Source: Lama glama
Lineage: Eukaryota
Direction: 5' to 3'
Assembly (NCBI GenBank): GCA_028534125.1
Contig: CM052816.1
Span: 92,754,001-92,818,000 of the forward strand
Length of the DNA: 64,000 nt
The first letter of the stretch is position 1; every line of letters starts with the position of its first letter. Under the pieces are notes generated by a model, which was not told the DNA's origin, made no database searches, and was given only the letters and a program-made list of their open reading frames with translations. Below, piece after piece: positions 50,695 to 63,371 of this stretch. The position numbers were made by a program, and so were the translations under genes.

Positions 50695-52894
50695 CTGCGA
50701 AAGGGGCAGAGAAAGAGGGCTCGTCCGGGGAAGGCACGCAACGGGCATCTCCCCGAGGAATGCGGGCTTAACACCTCCGCTTCGGCAGCAGAATCACCTG
50801 GCGGAGAACAGGACACGCGTCTGCTGTCTGGACTCCACACACTCTGAAGTTCTGCCTTCAGCTGCTATTTTCAAACTGCAAACTTACAAATCAACTAGCA
50901 GAGAGCAACGCTGTTAGGCACAAGGCAATCACACAGAAGCAGGTGCACGCGAATGGACCAAGACTCGCTTCCTGGCCTCCAATCCTGAAAAGGGTCCAGA
51001 TGGCAGGCGGTCACCCAGAACCACGGGAACCTGTCACTGCAGTTGGTAACTAGAACCCAGACACTACAAACTCTGTACTTAGCAACCAAAGGCTATTTCG
51101 TGTGAAAACAAGCTCTCCTTTCTGCATAAACCCAAGTCATCTTCCTGGTGCCAACAGAAAATCTTCTATAAATAAATTCACTTTCACCAAGGGATATGAA
51201 TTGGGGCAGGAACAGAACAATGCTGTGTTCAAACTTTCAATCAAGCTCTTCACCTCTGCTGAAATCTCTATCTTCAAGTCCACTAGTGTACTCCAAACAT
51301 AAAGGGGCAAGGCTTTAAAAAAAAAAAAAACACTTTTCTTACGAAAGTTCTCACTATGGTATTTCCCTTCGCACCTGCATTCTTCTTTAAGGTCACATGA
51401 CGTAAGGGGTGGGGTGGGGAACGCACACTTTCAACAAATCCCAGGATGGTGCTCTTCATGCATTCATCAGCTATTATTTCTGTGAGGCATTGCAACACTG
51501 CACCTCGCAATGGGTCTCCCCAAATCACAGACTAATCTTTAGCTCCTTCCAGTCTTGCCCCTAAGTCAGATCTAATTACCCAACCTGCCCAAACTCCTCT
51601 CCATTTCCCCTCCCCCTTCTCCCTTCCCACTGCGGTCCACTGGGCAAGTCTCCCACTGCCTCGCACCTGGACCCCTGCAAGAGCCTTGTGACTGTCACCT
51701 AGTCTGCAGCCCACCCAAGTCAGCGTCCTAAGAATCTCCTTGTCCCTTCTTTCTCTGTAGCTTCATTTACTCATTCTTTTTCTCCATTTCTAACAGGTGG
51801 AGTTGCTTTATCAGGGATTAGACAGCCACAGACGCCAGCCTCTGAGGTGCCTTTCTGGGCGGCAGGCTCGAATCAGCTGACAAATGCCCGGGTGTCTACC
51901 AAGGCAGGGAGAGAGGGCACTTGGTGAGGCGGTGACAGTCAGTCAAGGCCACGATCCGTGGGAAGCTGGCCTCGCTGTCTCGTGTGGCATTAATGCGCTA
52001 GGTAGTGTCCTTTAAGTCAAGAGCAATCCTCCCCTTCAGACATGCGTTCTCTCTAAAGACAGGTGACCAGACTCACTGAACTTGGCATTCTCCGTATCCT
52101 TAAAGGGGAAAATCAACCCACAAGGTGTGTTTGGAAGAGCAGAGACAGATGCTCTCTGGATCCGGAGAAGAGCTGCCCACTTGGACAGCACTATCGGGGG
52201 ACCCACGGAGGGGACTCCTTCCCACCCAGATGCTGTTACAAGGTCCTGCAATGCTTCTATGTCCACATGGGACATGCTGGTCTATGAACTGTGCCTCACC
52301 CAGACCTCTGTCAGGCACAGCAGGACACAGAAGTGTGGTGGCCCACACCCAAAACGAACGTGCATACAAACATGGCGACATATCGTCCCCCACGTTACAG
52401 GGACCCACACCTAGATTTATCATCATCGCCTTCAAAAATACCTGTGACGGGAGAAGGAGCACAATTGTTACTACCCCTTAATACGTGTTCTTTAAAGACT
52501 GTCAGCTCTGCACACTGACGTCTAGTATTTTCATTTTCTTTGTCAAAAAAAAAAATGTTTGAAACACTATAGGTAACACAAGAAAGGGCTGAACGTTAAC
52601 AGGCCCCAGTTCTGCAAAACAGGAGGTGCTGAGAACCAGGGGCTGGTAGGTCTGGAAAGCTCTCCCAACGGCTGCCACCCGCCCAGGGCCCAGGGCTATC
52701 ACATCATTTTTTAACTAATACTTTTACTTGGAGGATTAATAGAAGTGTATTGTAGACAATGAGGAAATGTACTTAAACCTAAAAAAAAAAAAAAAGATAT
52801 CACCCATACTTTTAAGTTTCATACTTACTATAATACACTAAAAATATGAACAGTATTTTTAATTAGATTGGTAACATCACTGATGGTAACTCCC

Positions 52895-53115
52895 ATTATC
52901 AAGTACTTACTGTGGATTCAGCACTCTGCATAGTGGATGACATACAAGTAAATAACATAACATAGCACTGTATAAGGTAGAGATTTTTCCCACTTAAGAG
53001 ATGAGGAAACCGAGGCTCAGAGATTAAGCAGACTGCCCAGGTCACACGGCAAACAGCAGAGTCAGAATTAAAAACCTCTAAGTTCACAACCCATGCTCCT
53101 GTCTTCCCCACAAGC
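52895..53115 (-). mobile_element. MIR SINE
   Basis: AGATGAGGAAACCGAGGCTCAGAGATTAAG...TGCCCAGGTCACAC. Confidence 0.8.
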
Positions 53116-54340
53116 TGCCTCTTCTGCTAATTCCAAAGTGTGTCACTAATAATGCTGGAGGGTGGAGGACTTTCTGTTCATTTCTCATTTTTTCAAAACC
53201 TATTTTAATATTTCTAGTTTTTAAAGTATGGGATATACTGGACTGAATGTGCCTTTCGCCATGAGCTGAAGTTTCAAAATATTGTGAAACACTGGTAGGA
53301 ATTTTTTACGAAGAAATCCTTCTAAGATGCCTCCCCCAAATCCTCACCTGTGCCCGTGTTCAATCATTTCAACCCAAAATTCTCTTATCTCAAACTCGAG
53401 AAAAGATACCAAACTGTTGAGATAATGTCTGTTACAAAATTTAATTGCTAATCTTACCTTTGAAACTACCTAAAGTGGCACACCTTGTGGACTAAACTTT
53501 AATTAAATGGCATCTTACTGAACGAATTTAAACAAAGACCTCATCATACTGCCTCATTGCTCTTTCACATGCATTACAAGGCTGAGAGCGGCTAACTCTC
53601 ATAAGTCTAGCTCCAAGTCCACACCAAAACTTGGTCTCTGAAGTGAGAACTCCTAGAAGTTTAACTGTCTATATAGGCTATAGAACAACATGTAGTTTTA
53701 TTTTAGTTACAGTAAATCCAAAATGTATTAAGAGTGCTACTGAAAAGTCACTGCTGGTTTTTGGGGTTTTTGTCTGTTTGGTTGGTTTTTGGTTTGTTTT
53801 GCCCTGCAGTCTCACAACACCAGCCCCACCGAATCACAACAGGCCAAGGGCATCAGAGAGAGTCAAAGGATCCCAGGCAAGGCTGACATCCAGACCCCCG
53901 TCCTTCAGTTCAACTTGGGAGGCACTCTCACATTTCAGGAGGACGGGAGGCCCCTGAGGGGAGCAGCAGGCCACCCTATTTCTTCATCGAGACGGACAGC
54001 CAGCAAACTGACAGTGGGCGGGATCGGAAGACTCACATGGCCTCCGAAAAGCTTTTCTGGAGCCCCAGCAGGCTTCAAAGAGGTGCAATGCAGGCGCCAG
54101 CATCAAAATCACGCAAGCTGAACTGGCCAAGGAATTGGTTCAAGTTTCACTGGTTTGTTTGTTTGCTGGTTTTCGTTTTTGTTTATTTAAAACTTACAAC
54201 AAGCTCCTTAAACAGTGCTAACACAGAGAATTTCCCACACTTGGAGGTCAGCTGCTACCATCAGTCAGTAACTGTGAAGGCCCTGCATGGTCTCCTACCA
54301 GCGCGCTAGGCACGACTTGTACAAGCACCTCCTGTTTATT

Positions 54341-54715
54341 TTACATATATATATATATATATATATTTTTATTGAAGTATAGTCAGTTTACAATGTTGTG
54401 TCAATCTCTGGTGTACAGCACAATGCTTCAGTCATACATGAATAAACATATATTCATTGTCATATTTTTTTCACCGTAAGTTACTACAAGATATTATAGT
54501 TTCCTGTGCTATACAGTATGAACTTGTTGTTTATCTATTTTATATATATCAGTTAGTAGCTGCAAATCTCGAACTCCCAATTTATCCCTTCCCACCCCTT
54601 CCCCTCCTGGCAACCATAAGTTTGTTTTCTATGTCTGTGAGTTTGTTTCTGTTTTACAAATAAGTTCGTTTGTCTTTTTTTTTAGATCCCACATATAAGT
54701 GATCTCGTATGAAAT
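54341..54715 (-). mobile_element. 5'-truncated L1 3' end with (TA)n in the tail
   Basis: ATTGAAGTATAGTCAGTTTACAATGTTGTG...CCACATATAAGTGAT; TSD ACCTCCTGYTTATT at 54327-54340 and 54716-54729. Confidence 0.9.
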
Positions 54716-54775
54716 ACCTCCTGCTTATTGAGGCACCTTCCCAGACGGGACACCTCTGCCCTGACAGCATCTTAC

Positions 54776-54898
54776 CATGCAGTTCATGGCGAAGTGGTTG
54801 TGCTGCGTCTGAAGCTCCATCGCGTGAGGATGGCTGGTCCCAATCTCAGTGTAGCTGTTCAGAAACAGGCCCTTGTTGTGTGTGATCCAGTCAAACAT
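54776..54898 (-). CDS. TRIO: TRIO coding exon (~exon 6, 123 nt): MFDWITHNKGLFLNSYTEIGTSHPHAMELQTQHNHFAMNCM
   Basis: Not in the ORF track; translated by hand. Acceptor TCATTCCGGTAG|ATG, donor ATG|GTAAGA; continues the frame of both neighbouring exons. Confidence 0.96.
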
Positions 54899-55639
54899 CT
54901 ACCGGAATGAAAACAGACAACCTGGAATCACTCCAGAAGGAGAAATGACTGACACAGACCTGGGAACTGGACCAGGCCAGGAAAGGGCCGCATCCTTCCT
55001 CTGACAACCTCTCAGGTGTTGGGGCCCAGAAGGTTCTTGACTTCTAGGAAGTCAGCAGTTCTGAACTTACAGGATCCACAAGAAAATCTCATCTAATGTG
55101 CTCCTTTGACAGATGAGGAACTAAGGAGCAGATACGTAAAGAGAGGTATTCAAACCCTGCAGGCTAATTAAAACTCTAATCTTCTGACTCTCAGCCTGGC
55201 CTCTCTGCTATACTGAACTACCGAATTGGCCACACTGCTCTTCAATTAAAGACCCGTGAGGTGAAATAAGGGACTTACAGGTCTCACTGGATGGGTTCTG
55301 CTTTGCCCAAAGATTATTGCCAACAATTCTAATCACTAAAAGATTACACTCTTTAGTGCAAGAAGTATTTAAAAAAAAAGTGCACATGCAAATAATAAAA
55401 TTTATCGTAAAAGTAAAAAGAATTGGGTAAAAATTTAACAATGACATCTCTCTTAAGAGTCAATACAGATGCTCCCTGGAAAAGGATGCTAACTACACCG
55501 TTCCAGGAAGATATTTAAGGAAAAAGAAATGACAACCAATTAGCACTGTTACCGTGATGTGAACCAGAATCCCAGAGACAGTCACCTGCTTGTCTGGCAG
55601 CTGAAAGGAAGACTTCCCAGTGTCTCTGACAAGCCACTA

Positions 55640-55966
55640 CACCTGAACCTTGAACAACACTGGTTTGAACTGCATGGGTCCACTTAAATGCAGATGTTTT
55701 TCAATAAATTTATTACCCACATTTTCATTTTACACATCTTTAAATTAACTAAGTGTGAGGAAAAGTTGTGTTCAACTAGAGATCACAACATACAGAAATC
55801 AGAAGAACTAGGGTTGGAGTCCTGACTCTATTTCAGCTTCCTGCCCTTGGGTGAGCCATTTATCAGCTCCTTGGTTTCTGAGGCAGAGACAGCAAGCAGT
55901 ACCGGGATTTCCTACCAGTACATGCGAGTGTCAGCGCCCCAACCCACGTGGTTCAAGGATCACCTG
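55640..55966. mobile_element. Tigger2/MER8-type MITE with an atypical interior
   Basis: Left end CACCTGAACCTTGAACAACACTGGTTTGAACTGCATGGGTCCAC; right end GTCAGCGCCCCAACCCACGTGGTTCAAGGATCACCTG. Confidence 0.75.
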
Positions 55967-56360
55967 CACTTTGAACATAAATACACTGACAGAGAGGTTA
56001 AAAGCTTACCAAATAACAGTACTGAACTGTCACCTTTCAAAAGGTCCTTCTGTATCAAAGATTTTTAATGTAGTTTTTTTTAACTTTATTCTACAAAATA
56101 TTTTCCTGTCCATGAAAAAAATTCAGTGAGCTCAAGTTAAGAGGGATGAATTCGCCCAGGTGCATGGCTTGCAACACCCTCCTCTAGCAAGCGCCTGCTC
56201 CCACACCTGCTGAGACGCAGCCAGTAACTCACAAGATTCACTCCGATCAGTTGGTTTGTCTGGAGCACAAACATGAAACCACGAGTAATCACTGCCTGTA
56301 TTTTCCAAAAGCTATTCTTTTTAATGCATTATTCAGCTTTTATTTTAAAAACAGACTCAA

Positions 56361-56518
56361 GGGGGTAGGGTATAGCTCAGTGGTAGAGCATGTGCCTTGC
56401 ATGCATGAGGTCCTGGGTTCAATCCCCAATACCTCCCTTAAAAAGTATAAATAAATAAATAAACTTAATTTCCTCCCCCCACAAAAAAAAACTAAAAATA
56501 AATAAACAAATAAATAGA
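56361..56518 (+). mobile_element. tRNA-derived SINE (camelid vic-1-like)
   Basis: TATAGCTCAGTGG A-box, GGTTCAATCCC B-box, (AAAT)n tail, TSD TAAAAAC(AG/GT)ACTCAA at 56346-56360 and 56519-56533. Confidence 0.9.
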
Positions 56519-56956
56519 TAAAAACGTACTCAATAAAAGATCTAAACAGTGTTTTCTCACCAGTTTTTATGAGTTAAAGAGCAGTTATCAGAAAAATACT
56601 AACATACATAATCGTCACTTTCAATACTATCTCTTACAGAATTTTCATTCTTTTAACTGAAGGTATCATTCTCATCTATCTCACAGGCATTCTCAACCAA
56701 ACTATCAGTAATTAATAACTCGAAGTTTCCAGAAGATCACTGCACTGCACAGTGAGTAAAACCGGAAAGCAGACAGAGGGGAGACCTCTGAGCCGACACT
56801 GCTGGTCTCTAGCCAGTGCCAGGGGAGAAGCTCGCCCTCCCCCAGTCCTGTTTCTCTGTCCTCTCTCTGGACCCAACCAGCCTTGGTGCTGGGACCCTGT
56901 GATCCAGGAAGACTCCCTCCCCTGTCTCCTCTTGGCAGCCCTCCCCCATGTTTTAC

Positions 56957-57469
56957 CTTCTCAGCATCCTGTTCGAACAGCCTGAGCTGAAAGCACTGGT
57001 CAAGCTTCAGCTTCCTCACATGCCACATCTGATGCAGGTGCTGGCGCGTCGAGTGCAGCCTGTCCAGCATGGCGGACACCTTGGGCAAGAGGCTCTGCAG
57101 GTCTGCATTGCCCGACCCCGAGTTCTTTTTGGGAAAGCTGTCACTGCTCTGAATCCTCTGCAGCAGCTTCTGTCCCTCTAAATCCAAGTCCTCAATGGGG
57201 GCCTTGATCACCTTCTTCTTCAGCTGGGAATGTTCCTCGATCATATTCCGAGCCCCCTCCAAATCCTGAGGCAGCTCCTTCTTAGCGAGGATGTCCTGAA
57301 GTTCCTCCAGTCGAGAGAGCATGTGGGTTGCATTGCTAATGTAGTCTTCAAAAGCAACTCTGATTTCGATCCATTCTTCATGGTTGTATTCCAGGCAGCC
57401 ATCAAACTCGGGAGTGAGCTGAGAAGGATCAACTACTTTGGTAAGGCCTTCTAAAGAGACCATATTTGT
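56957..57469 (-). CDS. TRIO: TRIO coding exon (~exon 5, 513 nt): TNMVSLEGLTKVVDPSQL...QLRLFEQDAEK; end of SEC14 domain and first spectrin repeat
   Basis: Inside ORF 56705..57508. Acceptor TTTTTTTTCCCTTAAG|ACA, donor AAG|GTAAAA; phase 0-0. Confidence 0.97.
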
Positions 57470-59718
57470 CTTAAGGGAAAAAAAATCACGTATGAGAAGA
57501 TGAACCAATTTTAAACAATCTTATGATAATGCAGTCTGCAAAGCTTAAGCACAGATCTTCAAACTTATAACTTAAAATCCATTTATAAAAAACATAACAC
57601 ATCTTGCTCTGGCCCCATAAAAACAAATGTAAGTGAAAGAAGCATTAGTGCAGTCAGGGAAGGATAAATTCCTTAGAGCAACACGTGTATGCTAGTTGCA
57701 GTAACTGAGATTATAGACCCATGTGCATTTAATGAGAGCTAAAGAACTTGGTTTTCTTTCCAAGAATGTGGAAATTAACCCACTGTTGTAGGCACATTAG
57801 AATATGAATGGCTTTTTAAAAATTTAGAAAATACACTAGGGTTAGCAAGAAAGCTGGCAGAAGCTCTTTTCACAAAGTTGGAGAGGGGGAGGTTGCATCC
57901 ACTGCAGTAACCTACAGCGATTCTGAGCAGCACGCGTGCCCTGCAGCGTCTGCACTGCATCCCAACCTGACAGCGACAAAGTTCTGCAGCGACAGCCTAA
58001 GCAAGAAATCCTAATCTCATCCTACCAGAAGGTGATGCAGGGCTAGTATTACTCTTAGGACTCAAGGGAAACAGAAGGGGGTGGTGTTAAATATGAAGAC
58101 AGAGGTAAAGGGGAAAGATGTGTGGCCTAGAACTAAAAGAAAAACCGCAGAAAGGCTGGTCTGGCCCCACTTCTGTTACCTCCAGCCTTACAGAAACCCA
58201 GAACTGCATCTCTGTGCTGTCTGGCATAAGAAACGGCAAAAGGCAGCAGAGCTAGAAAGAGGGGCTGTTCCTAGTCAGCACTTCTGCCTAAAATGTGACT
58301 GCAGGTTCATTCCTGCCTCATGTGCCCAGATTTTCGTAATGTCCAGTGAGGCAACCGCCTCACAGAGAGAAGCTGGTAATGATGTAGAGACAAGTTCAAC
58401 AGAAACCCCAGTGCAGGTGGCTTTAAGGCTCAGAGGGAGAGCACAATCAGACTAGCAAAAAACTAGCAAAAACGCATACATTAGGTCACCAAACCATTAC
58501 TTCTGCTTACAATATGTAATTAAACGTGTAATTGAATCAACACACTTCATATTCTGCAACAAGAAAATAGCTAACCCCCAATAAACCGTCCTTCAAAATC
58601 ACTTCTTATTGTGTATACAGTTAAGGCTTATTGGTTTCACCTTTCACCTAAACCTCACGTGTCGTTTCAAATTCAAATTCAAACTAAATTCAGATTTCAG
58701 GTTGAAAATCAGTACCATGGAACAAGACTTTAAAATGCAAGTAATATACTTGTGAAAAGACTTTGAAAAGTGTAACGTGTAACATAAAGTTTAAGAAATT
58801 TTACTACTGTGTGACATGTTTAATACTATTATTATTCTTTACCTTCAAATACATGACTACATTCGCTGAAACCTAGTATTTGGGCAAAGTGACTAGAAGA
58901 AGCAATCTATTCAACTAAAAATTATTGTAAGTCATTATTAGAAAATATGTAAATGTTATTACAGAATATGGCATGAATCAAGTTTCCAGCTGGCCAGAGG
59001 ACTTTCTTCCCTTAATCAGCTCCTGAAACTAACTGCATCAAGCCTTGTCAGAACCCTGGGAGCAGGAGGACGGGAGGTTCTAGCGGAAAGGAGAGGAAGT
59101 CAGTGGGCTGAGGGTCGTTTTATACACTATCTGAAAGACAGCAACCTTGTGTGTCAACTGAATCCAGGACTCTGCAGAGGTTTTACAGCAAGTTCTCCCT
59201 TGTCATGAATGAGAGATCTGAGCCGTGAAACGCATGGCAGCTCATCCTCGCCAGTATCAAGGACAGGATGAAAAGTCACTCTCTTCCACACATCTTCCTC
59301 AGGAAGTCTGAAGTGGGGCATTTCTCCCTAACACTCCCTTACTTCCAAGGCTGAGGTAACCGCGATGACTCTGAAGCCACGTAAAGCCACATGCGCTATT
59401 CTATCACGCGAAGTGACAGGCAACAGACTTCTCTCCCTAAGACGCGTGCCTTATACCTCAGCAGCCCCACCTCCCAGAGATAGAGCTGGAACCAAAACCC
59501 ACCGTGGGCAAAACACCCACAGGGAGAAGGCGGTCAGCAAAGCCAACTCTGTTAGTTTGCACAACTAATTTGACGTGTCGTATGTACGGAAGCTGGGCAG
59601 TTCCTGCTGAGTACGTGGTTTTTAAAAATCTATTACAGCCCAAACTGATGAGAACAGGGTCAACATTTAATAAGGCACACCTACTGGTTTAGTTGGTCTG
59701 CCTACCCAGGAAAGTTAC

Positions 59719-59911
59719 CTCAAATTCAAATTTAGAACTGCCAAAATTAGTCCTCTGTTTCTGCCAAAAGTTGTCTGGCTTGATTATCAGTGCAACGTGA
59801 ATGCAGCAGGGGAAGGACTCTTGTAAAATCTTCAGCAGAGGCTTGATGGAGTCCCACTTGGACCCACGCATGTCCACAATCACCGTGAATCCTCGCTTGC
59901 ACACTTCTTCA
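59719..59911 (-). CDS. TRIO: TRIO coding exon (~exon 4, 193 nt), SEC14/CRAL-TRIO domain: (S)EEVCKRGFTVIVDMRGSKWDSIKPLLKILQESFPCCIHVALIIKPDNFWQKQRTNFGSSKFEFE
   Basis: Peptide matches TRIO. Acceptor TTTTTCTCTAG|T, donor GAG|GTAACT; starts in phase 2 and ends in phase 0. Confidence 0.97.
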
Positions 59912-60930
59912 CTAGAGAAAAAGGAAAAACAGGTTTGAACCATGCAATCTCTTGCCATTTTTTTATGGTTGGAGTCCTGCTGGGCGAGGCTGACTCTGCT
60001 TCCATCATCCTGCTGTCCCTGGGGACCTCCCTCCCTCCATCCACTGCGTGGCTGATGGGCACTCGTGCAGAAGGAGCTGGAGGACGCAGAATCATTACAG
60101 GAAGAGCTCAGGTCTCATCAAAAAATGGAACTCTTTCTCACTCTCCCCAGTACCTTGACAGGATAGACTGACTATACATGCACAAGGTTCAACCTCGAAA
60201 ACCTTTAACTTTTTTCTGCGGCTACGATTTTACATCTTCATCTTCTCTTTAGAGAAAAGCAATGACCATCCTTGTTCATTTCTCTGGTCTTTTGTGCATT
60301 AACTGGTCACACACACTGTCTAATAACTATTAGGACAAACATCTTTGGTGAGCACTAAATGGGGAGAGACCCCAACGGCCCCCACAGAGCCCAGGGAAAG
60401 GAGAGGGGCAGTCACTGGGACTCCAGAATCACAAGCCGAATCCACCCCCACCGGCCTGCTGGCGAGAGTGGGAGCTTCTGAATGTCCCGTTTTATTCCCT
60501 TAGACTAACAGTCCCAGCTCCTGAGCTATCTCAGGGACTCTCCAATGTGGTGCACCGGCCCATGGAGCGCCTTGGCACTCTGCCGGCGGGGTCTGGGGGT
60601 AAGTCTATCTTCACAGTAACACTGAGACTTATTTGCCTTTTTCAGCCAGTTGCACTGAGGGTGCAGAGGCCATGGTGGACACTGTTGGCCCTTAGCACTG
60701 GCCAAGGCAGTGCTAGGGGTCACTGTATTCTTCCTCTCCACATTCTAGCTGTCGAAACAAACAAAAGAGCCGGTTTCTCTTAAGAATGTTCTTGATGGAG
60801 AAATAAAAATAATTAACTTTATAAAATCTCAACCTCCAAGTCCACAGGAAATATATATAAAGTACTTCTGCGATAAAGAAAAACCGAGAGTAAAAGTGCC
60901 CATAAACATGGGTTAAAAATCCACAGTCTT

Positions 60931-62209
60931 CCCTCACACCATACACAAAAATAAACTCAAAATGGTTTAAAGACCTAAATGTAAGACATGACACCATAAA
61001 ACTCCTAGAAGAGAACACAGGCAGAACATCTTCCGACACAAATTGTAGTAATATTTTCTTAGTTCAGTCTCCCAAGACAAAAGAAACAAAAGCAAAAATA
61101 AACAAGTGGGACCTAATTAAACTTACAAGCTTTTGCACAACAAAGAAAACCATAAATGAAACAAAAAGCCCACCGATGGAATGGGAGAAAATATTTGCAA
61201 ATGATGAGACCAACAAGGGGCGAACATCCAAAATACACAAACAGCTCATACAACTCAATAAAAAAAATCCAATTAAAAAAATTAAACAGACATCTCTCCC
61301 AAGAAGATACACAGATGGCCAACAGGCATGTGAAAAGATGCCCAACCCCGCTCATTATTAGAGGAAAGCAAATCAAAACCACACCGAGTGAGCTACCACC
61401 TCGAACCGGTCAGAATGGCCACCATCAGAAAGTTCACAAATAATCAATGCCGGAGAGGGTGTGGAGAGGGAACCCTCTTACACTGTCGGTAGGAATGCAA
61501 ATTGGAGTAGTCACTATGAAGAACAGTATGGAAGTTCCTTTAAACAAACTAAAAATACAGCTACCATATGATCCAGCAATCCCATTCCTAAGCATGTATC
61601 TGGAGAAAATGAAAATTCTAATTTGAAAAGATACCTGCTCCCCAATGTTCACAGCAGCACTGTTTACAACAATAGCCCAGACATGGAGACAGCCCAAGTG
61701 CCCATCAGCAAACAACTGGGTTAAAAAGATGTGATATATATACACAATGGAATATTACTCAGCTGTAAAAATAAAGAAATATCACTGTTTGCAGCAACAT
61801 GGATGGACCTAGAGAATATCATACTAAGTGGAGTAAGTCAGAGAAAGACAAACGTCATAGGATATCAACTTACATGTGGAATCTAAAAAGTAATACAAAT
61901 GAATCTATATACAAAATCAGAAACAGACTCAGACATAGAAAACTAACTTCTGGTTACAAAAGGGAAAAGGTGGGGAGGGATCTATTAGGAGTCTGAGATT
62001 AACAGATACACATTACTATAAATAAAATTGATAAGCAACAAGGATTTACTGTATAGCACATGAGTTACATTCAATATTGTGTAATAACCTACAATGGAAA
62101 ATAATCTGAAAATATATATATATATATATCTGAATCACTTTGCTGTACATCTAAAACTAACACAACATTGTAAATCAATTACACTTCCAAAATTTCTCAT
62201 TAAAAAAAA
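60931..62209 (+). mobile_element. 5'-truncated L1 (ORF2 C-terminal region plus 3'UTR), frameshifted
   Basis: CTCACACCATACACAAAAATAAACTCAAAATGG, peptide [30 protein letters not shown] and an A-rich tail. Confidence 0.93.
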
Positions 62210-62935
62210 TTTCAAATGAGTCCTTGTAGACACGAAAAAAAATAAGTCTCCCCTAAATTTTAGCCAAAATTAAAAGCAATTTCACGCTCTCTTGCATGAG
62301 CTTGCTCCTCCGCCCTCTCCAATCCCACACTGCACACACACCATTCTTTTCCTTATCTTGATTCATACATATATCATCACAGTAACTGACGTTCCAAGTT
62401 CCTGTAAGAATTACACCAGTGTAGGAGGCATGTCACAAAAATATTCCAAAAAAGTCTGTGAGGACAGAACCTGAGTAGATGGCAGCTCGCAGTCCTGACA
62501 ACACGGTGTTGAAGTCCCGAGTTAAAAACAGGACGATCCAACAGCCTGGCTTCTCCCTCCAACGTGGAAAGCTGCCATGTGCTTCACTTCTGTTAACCAC
62601 TCCTACGTGAATGTGAACTCACAAAGAGTTACACCTGGCTCCACACTCCTCATGCTGTCGCCTCTCTTGCCTCCAGGAGGGCCTGGGCCATGACCCAGGG
62701 AACGTCTTGGGCCTCCTTCACAAATCCTTAGACACAGCTGGGGCACTCCCAGAGACACTTCCTGCAATCGCCTCAGTCACTGAAAGTAAGCATTCTGGAC
62801 TTCCTGAGGCTCTGGTGGAGTTTACAATCCCACAAGAGTCCACTCAGTAGAAATTTCTGGGCTGCTGAGGTCCTCGGGGCTAGCCCAGCCTGACCAGGAG
62901 GACGTCTGCTGCTCAGCCAAGGCACTCTCTCTTCA

Positions 62936-63371
62936 TTTTTTTTTTCAGTTGAAATATAGTTAATTTACAATGCTGTGTGAGTCTCTGGTGTACAGCGTAG
63001 TGATTCAGTTATATGTATGTATATATTCTTTTTAATTACAGTTTATTACAAGCTATTGAATATAGCTCCCTGTGCTATACAGTAGGACCTTATTGTTTAT
63101 CTATTCTGTACATAGTAGTTTATTATCTGCTAATCCCAAATTCCTAATTTATCCCCCCTCCTTTCCCCTTTGGTAATTATAAGTCAGTTTTCTGTCCGTG
63201 AGTCTGTTTCTGTTGTGTAAATAAGTTCATTTGTGTCTTTTTTTTTTAAGATTCCACATATAAGTGATACCATGTATTTGTCTTTCTCTGTCTGACTTAC
63301 TTCCCTTAGTATGACAACCTCCAGGTGCACCCATGTTGCTGCAAATGGCATGATTTCATTCTTTTTTATGC
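62936..63371 (-). mobile_element. 5'-truncated L1 3' end
   Basis: PolyT followed by GTTGAAATATAGTTAATTTACAATG...CATGTTGCTGCAAATGGCATGATTTCATT; degenerate TSD CAGCCRAGRCAYTCT at about 62914 and 63372. Confidence 0.88.

Noticed and set aside
50366..50847. Antisense and alternative-frame ORFs over exons (also at 32565, 20547, 54728 and 56948)
   Set aside because: Expected shadows of real coding exons, especially those with high GC3.
56361..56435. tRNA gene (also 442-515)
   Set aside because: The tRNA-like head is followed by an A-rich tail and flanked by a TSD, so it is a SINE.
9371..59911. KALRN (kalirin) as the gene identity
   Set aside because: Residues such as WDSIKPLLKILQESFPCCIH and TNMVSLEGLTKVVDPSQLTPEFDGCLEY match TRIO as I recall it, not the kalirin equivalents.
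60713..61996. Protein-coding ORFs in L1 regions (also 1115-2045)
   Set aside because: Frameshifted L1 ORF2 fragments and their antisense shadows; not an intact element.
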